DNA from: an uncultured virus (IMG/VR IMGVR_UViG_2860837431_000002)
Taxonomy: Duplodnaviria; Heunggongvirae; Uroviricota; Caudoviricetes
IMG/VR virus record: IMGVR_UViG_2860837431_000002
Span: 111,608 to 131,607 of that record
DNA length: 20,000 nucleotides
Strand: one strand, 5' to 3'
Shown here: positions 7,896 to 17,729 of the stretch, in pieces
How positions within the stretch are numbered: position 1 is the stretch's first letter
Layout: each line of letters opens with the position of its first letter
Made by a program: the position numbers and the translations under genes
Notes under the pieces: generated by a model
What the model was told of the DNA's origin: nothing
The model's input: the letters and a program-made list of their open reading frames with translations, nothing else
Database searches by the model: none

Positions 7896-9144
7896 ATGAT
7901 TTATGTCCCCCAGTAAGTCCAGCTCTGTAAAGTGCAGTTCCTGCAGATGTATAAGAAACTGCTCTAAGAATCGCTTTCGATCCGTATTTACTTCTAATCC
8001 CATCCATTACAAACCCAAGTTTCCTTCTCTTTTCATTATCCACTTCAAATAAACTCAACTGTTGATTAACATCATCCTCAATATTTGATAACGTAACTGA
8101 GATACTTCTTACTGTTTTACCCGAGTAAAACTTATCAAACAGCATCAAGCAACATCTATATATGTCCATCGTGATATTTGTGGGAAGATCTATTGTTTTG
8201 GCTCGGTGAAATCCACCACCAAGATCATCCTTACTGTATCCAATACCCAGGCTGATTGTTCGACCAGCTTTGTTGTGTGTACGTGCCCTTCTTGCGACTT
8301 CCTCACAAATTTCCAAAAGAACAGCCTTAATCTCTTCTCTCCTTATATAATCCCTCAGTAAAATCTGACTCTTACCAAAACTAATCTGTCCTTGCATCAA
8401 AGGAGCTCCTATTTCTGATAAATCGATTCCATGAGCATGATAATACAACTGGTTTCCCATTATTCCGAACTTCTTTTCAAGCAGCTCTAAAGGAAATTTA
8501 GCTAACTGACCTACAGTTGATATTCCAATCCGATTCAGATTTCTTTCCATCCTCCCTCCTATCCCCCACATTTTAGACAACGGGTGAACCTTCCAGAGTT
8601 TATTTGGCACATCTTCATATCTCCAACGTGCAATGCCACTTTTCGTTTTCTTACTCTCCAGGTCAAGTGCAAGCTTACTGAGCAACATATTATCTCCAAT
8701 GCCTACTGTACACATCAGACCAAATTCTCTCCACATGCTGCTTTGGATTGCCTTGGCCATTTCTTCAGGATCTTCTTTTCCTGCATCTAAAAAAGATTCA
8801 TCAATTGAATACGTATGGACACATTTCTCAGGAACAAATCTGTAAAACAGCTTTGTAATTTCAGTTGAAACTCTGATGAAAAGCTTCATTTGTGGATTTA
8901 CAATGTGTATCCTTGGATCTTCAGGTATCTCAAAAAGTCTCGATCCTGTTTTGATTCCAAAATCTTTTTTAAGTGCAGGAGATGCAGCTAACACTACACT
9001 TCCCTGTCTCTCCGTATTCCCTACAACAGCAAGATAGCATGTTAAAGGATTAAGTCCCATTGTTACAGCCGATACAGAAGCATAAAAGGATTTCATATCG
9101 ACACAAAGTATATTCTTACGTGGAAATTGTGAGTAATCAATCAT
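7894..9144 (-). CDS. uvrX: Y-family (UmuC/DinB-like) DNA polymerase UvrX
   Basis: LCVDMKSFYASV, YSIDESFLD and IGDNMLLSKLA motifs; 416 aa. Overlaps yolD. Confidence 0.95.
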   Translation of the reverse strand: MIDYSQFPRKNILCVDMKSFYASVSAVTMGLNPLTCYLAVVGNTERQGSVVLAASPALKKDFGIKTGSRLFEIPEDPRIHIVNPQMKLFIRVSTEITKLFYRFVPEKCVHTYSIDESFLDAGKEDPEEMAKAIQSSMWREFGLMCTVGIGDNMLLSKLALDLESKKTKSGIARWRYEDVPNKLWKVHPLSKMWGIGGRMERNLNRIGISTVGQLAKFPLELLEKKFGIMGNQLYYHAHGIDLSEIGAPLMQGQISFGKSQILLRDYIRREEIKAVLLEICEEVARRARTHNKAGRTISLGIGYSKDDLGGGFHRAKTIDLPTNITMDIYRCCLMLFDKFYSGKTVRSISVTLSNIEDDVNQQLSLFEVDNEKRRKLGFVMDGIRSKYGSKAILRAVSYTSAGTALYRAGLTGGHKS

Positions 9145-9469
9145 TGTATGTAACTCCTATGATGTCATTCATGTTGATATAAACTGTATTGTCGTTCTGG
9201 TCTTTTACGTGAAGCTTTTGTTGTTCAAAATTAATGTAATGGACTCTTCCGTTGACATTTTCAACGAATCCATTGTTAAAGAGTTTGAATTTCAACTCTT
9301 TATTAAATTCAAGTGCCTCAGAGACGAGAAGATCCATCTCTTCAATTTGTTGGTCATCTAAGGATGGTTTTTCAATTTTTGATACATCAATCAAATCTTG
9401 TTTAAGTTGTGTTAAATGTTCTGGAAGCATCATTGATGTCCATTTGATTGTTCCTCGATCCCTAAGCAT
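9137..9469 (-). CDS. yolD: YolD-like protein (UmuD-analogous partner of UvrX)
   Basis: MLRDRGTIKWTSMMLPEH signature; 110 aa; immediately upstream of uvrX. Confidence 0.93.
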   Translation of the reverse strand: MLRDRGTIKWTSMMLPEHLTQLKQDLIDVSKIEKPSLDDQQIEEMDLLVSEALEFNKELKFKLFNNGFVENVNGRVHYINFEQQKLHVKDQNDNTVYINMNDIIGVTYND

Positions 9470-9502
9470 ATCGACTCACTCCTTTATTGATCTAATATTA
9501 AC

Positions 9503-9516
9503 AGAACAAACGTTCT
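9503..9516. promoter_or_regulatory. LexA (DinR) SOS box within the yolD promoter spacer
   Basis: AGAAC-AAAC-GTTCT matches GAAC-N4-GTTC. It lies between minus-strand TTGAAT (9519-9524) and TGnTAATAT (9495-9503). Confidence 0.88.
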
Positions 9517-9532
9517 TCATTCAAGATGAACA

Positions 9533-9546
9533 AGAACAAAAGTTCG
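9533..9546. promoter_or_regulatory. Second LexA SOS box, abutting the -35 of the divergent nuclease gene
   Basis: AGAAC-AAAA-GTTCG. Plus-strand TTGTAA (9547-9552)-N18-TACTAT (9571-9576) follows directly. Confidence 0.8.
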
Positions 9547-9636
9547 TTGTAAATGTTGGTAATTAATCGATACTATGACATTTTATACGTGATACACTTA
9601 TTAGCAAATGGATAAGTTAATTGAGGAGATGAAATA

Positions 9637-10635
9637 ATGTCATTGACCGGCAAGCTAAGAAGTAAAAAACAAAAAGACAAGGAATTTAAAAATATCCTTG
9701 TTTCTATAGAGCCATTAAAAGACGACTACTATACCCTGAGTGGTAAGCTTCCTTTTTCAAAAGAATATTCAATATATGCCCCCTATAAACTTGAAAATCA
9801 ATACAATTCAAGTTTAATTGGTGTTGCTTTTGATTACTTAGCAAGGTTTAGAATTGGACAGTTTACAAATAAAGAGGAAGCAAAAGATCGTTTAAAAGCT
9901 TATAAGGGACTGAGGAAATTATGTCAAAAAACTAAGGATTATTCACTAGAGGGTGCCTTCTATATACCCTTAATAAACGACATATTGGACTTTATCAGAA
10001 GTGAATCGAAAATATCTCCAGATCTATGTCAAAAAGCAGTAAAGTTAGCTAAACTAGAACAGTTATACAGATCTCGAACCATTGGAGAGATAAATGCAGA
10101 TTCTTATACTTGCATAGATTCTTCTGATGAAATAGTCAATGACCTAATGAGCCTTTTGGATGTTTTCGAAGATAAGTTCATAAACAGTGGCATACTATCA
10201 AAAAACAGCGAAGTCGATTTTAATCCCTACTTTGGCGTCAGCTCTCCATTAGTAGGCGGTGCAGATGCAGATATTTGGATAGATGGGACGTTGTATGATT
10301 TTAAAACAACAATAAAGTACTCTTTGGATAAAAATGATAACCTTCAGTTAATTGGCTATTTTATATTAAATGAACTCGCTCAAGAAGTTCACGCTGCAAC
10401 AGGAGTTCCTCCCCTATTAGACATAAATAGAGTGGGTTTTTATAAAGCAAGGTATGGAGAGATTGAATTTTACGATACAGAAAAATTGATTACAAAAGAA
10501 ATGCGCGACCAAACATTAGTTGAATTGGCTAAATACTTTAGTGAAAATCCAGGTAAGTTATATTTAGTTCATAACCCTTTCTTTGTAGAGGATGCAAAAG
10601 AGGTTCTAAAATCAATTGGTGAATGGGGAATTTAG
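9637..10635 (+). CDS. Uncharacterised protein with a RecB/Cas4-like PD-(D/E)XK nuclease motif
   Basis: SD GAGGAG. Motif set GGADADIWIDGTLYDFKTT followed by NLQLIGY (D...DxK...QxxxY). Confidence 0.7.
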   Translation: MSLTGKLRSKKQKDKEFKNILVSIEPLKDDYYTLSGKLPFSKEYSIYAPYKLENQYNSSLIGVAFDYLARFRIGQFTNKEEAKDRLKAYKGLRKLCQKTKDYSLEGAFYIPLINDILDFIRSESKISPDLCQKAVKLAKLEQLYRSRTIGEINADSYTCIDSSDEIVNDLMSLLDVFEDKFINSGILSKNSEVDFNPYFGVSSPLVGGADADIWIDGTLYDFKTTIKYSLDKNDNLQLIGYFILNELAQEVHAATGVPPLLDINRVGFYKARYGEIEFYDTEKLITKEMRDQTLVELAKYFSENPGKLYLVHNPFFVEDAKEVLKSIGEWGI

Positions 10636-10697
10636 AGATACATTCTATCTAATCTTAAAACATATGATTCACATTGGTAATTTATTGTGAATTTTCA

Positions 10698-10726
10698 ACG
10701 ACAAGGGTATTTATGTATAGTATAAT
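10698..10726 (+). promoter_or_regulatory. sigma-A promoter of the type I toxin mRNA
   Basis: ACGACA-N17-TATAAT about 70 nt upstream of the toxin ATG. Confidence 0.6.
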
Positions 10727-10795
10727 ATTTCCTGTACATCAAGTTTGCTCACTCAAGGGAGTCTTGCTCATCCCCTAATGAAAGGGGGTGATGCT

Positions 10796-10879
10796 ATGTC
10801 AACATTTCAGGCATTAATGCTGATGCTTGCGTTCGGGTCGTTTATAATTGCCCTGTTGACGTATATAAATAAAAAATAG
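10796..10879 (+). CDS. Type I toxin, BsrE/BsrH family (27 aa, MSTFQALMLMLAFGSFIIALLTYINKK)
   Basis: Translated by hand; too short for the ORF track. Near-identical to the BsrE/BsrH single-TM toxins. SD AAAGGGGGTGA is sequestered by upstream TCATCCCCT (10768-10776). Confidence 0.92.
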   Translation: MSTFQALMLMLAFGSFIIALLTYINKK

Positions 10880-11056
10880 ACCTCCCTTGAGCCTCAGAAC
10901 CTTAAAGGGATAGGTCTACGTAGATTGAACATCGAGCAAGCCCTTTGATGGGCAGCTTTTTGTACAGATCCGGGGTGTTGGTAGCACCCTGGTCTTTTTT
11001 ATTTTATGCAATCCAATTAAACAAATGCATTTTATACGTAAAAACGTATAATCTTC
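10870..11056 (-). ncRNA. Antisense antitoxin RNA (SR4/SR5/as-bsrH-like)
   Basis: Minus-strand TTGCAA (11087-11092)-N18-TATAAT (11063-11068). Terminator hairpin TAGACCTCCCTT...AAGGGATAGGTCTA (10877-10918) has a U-tail on the minus strand. The 3' overlap with the toxin mRNA is convergent. Confidence 0.75.
10966..11000 (+). terminator. Terminator of the toxin mRNA
   Basis: CCGGGGTGT-tggta-GCACCCTGG stem followed by a T-run. Confidence 0.8.
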
Positions 11057-11203
11057 ATCCTAATTATAACCATATAAAAATGGTATTTGCAATACAATTG
11101 CTTTATGGATAAAACCATTATTTTATTTAGATTGGAGATGCTTATTTCTGCAACATCTCATACAATTGCAATACTTTTGCTTAGAGGAGCGTTTTAAAAA
11201 AGA

Positions 11204-11800
11204 CTAGTTGTCTTTCCCAAAGAGCATCTTTCCAAAATCATTGTCCAAAATCTCAATTTCAACATCGCTAACATTATCATCAGTTTCAATTGGTTCATCA
11301 ACTAAACTTAGGATAAACTCCTCAAACGAATTAGCAATCAGGAAAAAGTCTTTCTCAGGATGACTTGATTCATGATCCCAAAACAATATCTTTTCATCAT
11401 CGATGTCCATACATATTTCATTACCACCTGCAGAGCTTGCAATCGGGATAATATTTTTAGGAAAGCGATCAGAATATGTATCGATCGCTTTCTGAAGATT
11501 GTTGTGATCGTTCGCCAAACCATAAAAACCCTCTAACAATTGTGTATCATCATCCTTACCCATCCAAGGGTCTTTCTCTATAGGTTTATAGCAAACGTCA
11601 TACTCAATCTCATCTGTTGTTTTTTTACTTCCTAGATAACATCCTCCATATTTCTTCAAAAAGTCCCTATAATCTGAAGGTAATTGATTGCCCATATTTT
11701 TTTCAAGCTCTTTGAGTTGTTCGTTTGTATTAATGCTGGGATCTGTTTCAGCATCTATCGTAAACTCTTTCAACTTTTGTTCGATCTTAGTGAAGCTCAT
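11204..11800 (-). CDS. SMI1/KNR4 (SUKH) immunity protein, YokK-like
   Basis: LEKNMGNQLPSDYRDFLKKYGG and IIPIASSAGGNEICMD...ILFWDHE...IANSFEEFI. Starts 1 nt after the toxin stop. Confidence 0.88.
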   Translation of the reverse strand: MSFTKIEQKLKEFTIDAETDPSINTNEQLKELEKNMGNQLPSDYRDFLKKYGGCYLGSKKTTDEIEYDVCYKPIEKDPWMGKDDDTQLLEGFYGLANDHNNLQKAIDTYSDRFPKNIIPIASSAGGNEICMDIDDEKILFWDHESSHPEKDFFLIANSFEEFILSLVDEPIETDDNVSDVEIEILDNDFGKMLFGKDN

Positions 11801-11801
11801 T

Positions 11802-13564
<1,763 letters not shown>

Positions 13565-13691
13565 TCAAGCTTACTCTATGTAAATTTTACCACAATCAAC
13601 TATTTCAATAACAGAAAAAGACAGCCTAATATGACTGCCCTTTAATGACTAACATGTGAAGCTAAAAAATCTTTGGGTGCATCTTTAATTT

Positions 13692-14225
13692 TTAATTTAT
13701 GTTCTTATAGTAAGCTTTAACATCTCTTTCAACTTCCCAGTACTTATTTCCGTTCGAACTTAAAAGTCGATCAAACCAAATTTCAAAATTCGCTCTTAAA
13801 TCCACTGCTTCATCAAAATGATCAATTGCATCCAAATAAAATAGATAATCTAAGTCCCCTTTTTCATATCTATTTGAATCTATAACATACCTTCCATCAA
13901 AATGATATCCAATCAAAAAACACTTTTCTGGTAGGTCTTCTGTTTCATTGTATTTCATAACATCTTCAATACTGAGTATTTCGATTCCATCAAGAAACTC
14001 CAATCCATTATGTAGAGCTAGGAACTCCTTATAATCTTTGGGTAAACTTACATTGAAATGTGATTCTAATTTTCTAATTTCGTCTTCTGTTGCAGGTTCA
14101 TTAAATTCAAATGTGGCATCTTCTAATACGAAACCACCTGGTTGAATCATTGGAAAAGTGCCATACTTAGAAACAGCTTCTTTAATACCAGCAAGTGTCA
14201 AATGAATAAGTTTGCCTTCTTCCAT
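13692..14225 (-). CDS. yokH: SMI1/KNR4 family protein, YokH-like (orphan immunity)
   Basis: FNEPATEDEIRKLESHFNVSLPKDYKEFLALHNG SUKH motif. The ATG at 14225 follows a G-rich SD. Upstream of the LXG toxin. Confidence 0.75.
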   Translation of the reverse strand: MEEGKLIHLTLAGIKEAVSKYGTFPMIQPGGFVLEDATFEFNEPATEDEIRKLESHFNVSLPKDYKEFLALHNGLEFLDGIEILSIEDVMKYNETEDLPEKCFLIGYHFDGRYVIDSNRYEKGDLDYLFYLDAIDHFDEAVDLRANFEIWFDRLLSSNGNKYWEVERDVKAYYKNIN

Positions 14226-14311
14226 CTCCCATCCCCCTATCAACAATTATCTAGATTTCGCCATGTCATACAGCTATAAGGAAAGCATTACTAATAGGAC
14301 ATTTATTGGTA

Positions 14312-14563
14312 TTAGGAAACAATTTTACTCATAATAGAAGCAGCATTAGTGGTGAACAAAATGTAAGTGTTATTTGCTGTTTTAATCACTACCCTATCCG
14401 TAGAGCCATAAGGAAATCCAATCCTTACTGCACTTTTTTCCTCTCCCCCATAGTTTGGATCAAGAAATACATCATTGATTTCTTTGATTGGAATTTCAAT
14501 TTTGGATAGCTGCCAATTGATAATTAAGTTTTCATTTAATTATTCAACGTTGATTCCAAGCAT
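14312..14563 (-). pseudogene. SunI/YnzG-family protein with a premature stop at codon 8
   Basis: SD AAAGGGG, then MLGINVE*LNENLIINWQLSKIEIPIKEI...RIGFPYGSTDRVVIKTANNTYILFTTN...IVS* (83 codons). Motifs resemble SunI (SKTEIPINQI...IGMPYAQPDRIVIET). Confidence 0.75.
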
Positions 14564-14713
14564 AAAAACATTCCCCTTTTGACTATAAATTCAGTGAAAT
14601 TTTAACATGCGCCTGGAAGTTTTAAAGAGAAATGCGATGATATTAAGGAAAAATTAAATTCACAATAATTGGATACAGGATTATAATTATTGATGGTTTA
14701 CCGATATAAATAG

Positions 14714-14727
14714 AGAACAAACATTCT
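14714..14727. promoter_or_regulatory. Degenerate LexA box upstream of yokF
   Basis: AGAAC-AAAC-ATTCT, one mismatch from the yolD box, directly before the yokF SD. Confidence 0.45.
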
Positions 14728-14737
14728 AAAAGGGGAA

Positions 14738-15634
14738 ATGAAATTGAAGAAAGTACTATTAGGTTTTGCAGCATTCACTTTGAGCTTATCATTGGCAGCC
14801 TGCAGCTCAAATGATTCTGAAAAAGTAAGCACAGAAAAAGAAACACCACAAGCGTCTACGGATGTGGAAAAGAAAAAAGAACAAAAGGAATCTACTAAAG
14901 AAAAAACTGCTGACAAATCTAAGGAAAAAGACAAAAAGGAATTGGTCGATGTTACTCTAGATAGAGCTGTTGATGGTGACACAATTAAAGTTACCTACAA
15001 TGGAAATGTAGACACAGTCCGCTACTTGCTCGTTGATACACCTGAAACTAAGAAACCAAATTCTTGTGTTCAACCATACGGTGAAGATGCTTCTAAGCGA
15101 AATAAAGAATTGGTTAACAGTGGTAAGCTGCAGCTTGAATTTGACAAAGGCGATCGCAGAGATAAATACGGTAGACTATTAGCTTATGTTTATGTGGATG
15201 GCAAATCTGTTCAGGAAACATTGCTAAAAGAAGGATTGGCCAGAGTAGCATATGTATATGAGCCAAATACGAAATACATAGACCTATTTAAGAAAGACGA
15301 ACAGGAAGCAAAATCAGAAAAGCTTTCAATCTGGAGCAAGAATGGATATGTGACTGACCGAGGATTTAATGGCTGTGTGAAAGAGAAAACCACTGCGGTT
15401 AAAAAAGCAACAACATCCAAACCGGCAGCTAAACAGCCTACTACTCCAAAGGCATCAAGTGAAACTTCGACTACAACTGAAAAAGAAGCTTCTTCAGAGA
15501 CAACTGGAGAAACAGAAACGTTTAAAAATTGTACTGAGTTAAGAAAGAAATATCCGAATGGAGTGCCTAGCTCCCACCCTGCTTACCAATCTAAAATGGA
15601 CAGAGATCATGACAACTATGCATGTGAACGCTAA
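14738..15634 (+). CDS. yokF: Lipoprotein thermonuclease (SNase) with a C-terminal Excalibur Ca-binding domain
   Basis: Lipobox LAAC; SNase motifs AVDGDT, VRYLLVDTPE and DKYGRLLAYVY; C-terminus FKNCTEL...DRDHDNYACE. Confidence 0.95.
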   Translation: MKLKKVLLGFAAFTLSLSLAACSSNDSEKVSTEKETPQASTDVEKKKEQKESTKEKTADKSKEKDKKELVDVTLDRAVDGDTIKVTYNGNVDTVRYLLVDTPETKKPNSCVQPYGEDASKRNKELVNSGKLQLEFDKGDRRDKYGRLLAYVYVDGKSVQETLLKEGLARVAYVYEPNTKYIDLFKKDEQEAKSEKLSIWSKNGYVTDRGFNGCVKEKTTAVKKATTSKPAAKQPTTPKASSETSTTTEKEASSETTGETETFKNCTELRKKYPNGVPSSHPAYQSKMDRDHDNYACER

Positions 15635-15636
15635 TT

Positions 15637-15662
15637 GAAAGCCCTTTGTGGCTTTCTTTTTT
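15637..15662 (+). terminator. Terminator after yokF
   Basis: GAAAGCC-ctttgt-GGCTTTC followed by a T-run. Confidence 0.8.
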
Positions 15663-15757
15663 ATTTTTAGGGCTCTTTACACAAAAAGAGGGTATCCACA
15701 GATTAAAAAATTCTCGGGACAACCTCTTTTTAAAATATCTAATCAATCATCTAATTT

Positions 15758-16291
15758 TTACTCAAAAAAAGCTTTTGAATAATTAACGATACCTTGCACA
15801 TCTTCAAGAGAATTATCTGCTAATTCTAGAGCCATAAACACTTCATCAGGCACCTCAAATGGGGCTTTTATATTCCATAAGCTAGCTGGCTTAAAACCAA
15901 ACCTTGGATAATAATCTTTATGTCCTAAAACAATTACTGAACGATAACCAAGCTCTATTGCATTTTTTAACGCAGTACGAATTAATTTACTCCCAATTCC
16001 TTTTTTCTGATAATCAGGCGCAACCGAAACTGGAGCGAGTGCTAAAGAATCGACAGTGTTATCGCCATCTATGATTTTTATTTTAGATAAAAGGACATGG
16101 CCTACGATATCTTTATCTTGATTTAATGCGACCAATGAAAGTTCAGGAATGAATGCATCTGATTTTCTAATCCTATTTACAAGTAAATGCTCTTTCTTGT
16201 CACTATATTCTTCATTTAAAAAAGCTCTTTTAACAATTTCTTCAGTCGTATTATATTCATGTGTGAGTTCTTGTCTAATTAAGAATTCCAT
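15758..16291 (-). CDS. GNAT-family N-acetyltransferase (YhbS-like)
   Basis: LALAPVSVAPDYQKKGIGSKLI acetyl-CoA motif and VLGHKDYYPRFGF. SD AGGAGG. Confidence 0.92.
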   Translation of the reverse strand: MEFLIRQELTHEYNTTEEIVKRAFLNEEYSDKKEHLLVNRIRKSDAFIPELSLVALNQDKDIVGHVLLSKIKIIDGDNTVDSLALAPVSVAPDYQKKGIGSKLIRTALKNAIELGYRSVIVLGHKDYYPRFGFKPASLWNIKAPFEVPDEVFMALELADNSLEDVQGIVNYSKAFFE

Positions 16292-16552
16292 TCATAGCCT
16301 CCTGTTCTTTTAATTAATTACCATAAGATTTTTCTTCATCCTATAAATTGCACTCCCTTAATGACCGAAACCATTAAGAACATTTACTTACCCAGCTCTA
16401 CACGTAAGTTTAATAAACAGATTAGTATGTACTTATTGTATGAAATTTGCGTATTTGGGATCAACTTCACTATTTTATTCCCTTAGTTTATTTGAGTTCA
16501 TCTTTAAAATTTTCATCTTCACGATGGTCTTTATGCAAAAACAGCCTATAAA

Positions 16553-16591
16553 TTAAAAGAACCAGAGAGCTATGTGAGGGAGCTCTCTGGT
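16553..16591 (-). terminator. Terminator downstream of the small membrane-protein gene
   Basis: Perfect 11-bp stem ACCAGAGAGCT/AGCTCTCTGGT with a U-rich tail on the minus strand. Confidence 0.75.
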
Positions 16592-16732
16592 GTTATAGTG
16601 GCTGTTAAACCCCTATGATACATATACAGGGTACCTTATATTTGCGATGTATTCAAGCAGCTTTCGGGTTTAAATAAAATGGGAATTTTATTTAGATCAC
16701 CTCCTTTTAAATATGTATATTAAACTTAAATT

Positions 16733-16930
16733 CTAATTTACATAAATAAAAATTTGTTGACCAGCAATAATAAGCAGCAGAAGAATTATTACCCATACGT
16801 AATGGTTCAGACTAAGCAGGAATGTTCCGATTGCTGGAAATAGTTTTGGGAATAGAGCAATTAATAGAGCTACGATCACACCGATAGTAGTGATGATTAG
16901 TGATAAAATTGCGATTTGTGTTTGATCCAT
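16733..16930 (-). CDS. Small two-TM membrane protein of unknown function (65 aa)
   Basis: SD AGGGGGA before the ATG; two long hydrophobic helices. Confidence 0.7.
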   Translation of the reverse strand: MDQTQIAILSLIITTIGVIVALLIALFPKLFPAIGTFLLSLNHYVWVIILLLLIIAGQQIFIYVN

Positions 16931-17074
16931 TATTCTTTCCCCCTATAATTTTCATTAGACTTTTATTGAAGTTTAATCAAGACATACACAAGCATTATAG
17001 ATAGCTAGTTGAGATATTTAACAAGGTTTTAGAAGAACCTTGTTTTATCAAAATGTTACTCATAGTCAATGATT

Positions 17075-17600
17075 CATCCCCTCTCTTATATCCTTCAATA
17101 GATAATACTCGCCCGCACAATTCAGCGAAAAAATTTTCCGTCATTATAAGTTGCGTATAGACTTTCCAAGACGGACAACCATTCATTTGAACTTCTACCT
17201 ACACTTATAAAATGGGTACAGTAACGGTCATTTTGCGACATCAAATTAAAAAAATTCACACAACTGATAATATGCATGTCGAATAAATGTCGCGCAAATT
17301 TCTTCTGTCATATATAACTGCGTATCGACCTCCGGAATGGCACAATCTTTTCGCTAATTTTTTTCACCCTTCATAAGAAAACCCCATCGGTGTATTCGAT
17401 TTTGCATCATCGATCTAGAACTTTTCCTCTGTTATTAATAACTGCGTATAAACTTTTAACATCGGACACTTTTTACTGAAATTTTTTCGTCCTCACTTAT
17501 AGATGCGTACATACTTCAAAAAATGGACAAAAAAAATCCCCCATCTTTAAAAGACCAGGACTGATAATAATTCACAATACATATGCGTAAATCTAAAACA
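17075..17600. repeat. Degenerate ~60-bp tandem repeat array
   Basis: Core ATA-N2-3-TGCGTA at 17152, 17319, 17443, 17504 and 17584, with variants at 17213 and 17273. Best copies read AA(A/C)TTT...TCA.TATA..TGCGTA...ACT......GGACA. Spacing is mostly 58-65 bp. Confidence 0.65.
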
Positions 17601-17645
17601 AAATAGATCAACATTCAAAGAATACAAATCTTTCAAATTATTTTG

Positions 17646-17674
17646 TTGTTTTCGTATTCAATGTTAGATAGAAT
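17646..17674 (+). promoter_or_regulatory. sigma-A promoter of sprA
   Basis: TTGTTT-N17-TAGAAT upstream of the sprA SD (AAAGAGGTG). Confidence 0.6.
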
Positions 17675-17729
17675 GTTTTTACAGATACTTCTGTTTTGAC
17701 ATTAAACACAATAAAGAGGTGCTAAATTT

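Noticed and set aside
14306..14509. 67-aa plus-strand ORF
   Set aside because: Antisense shadow of the SunI/YnzG-like pseudogene.
16995..17186. 63-aa minus-strand ORF
   Set aside because: No SD at its start, it overlaps the repeat units and a hairpin, and it has no recognisable motif.
17075..17600. CRISPR array interpretation of the ~60-bp periodic region
   Set aside because: The units are too degenerate and not palindromic, and there are no cas genes. Kept only as a degenerate repeat.
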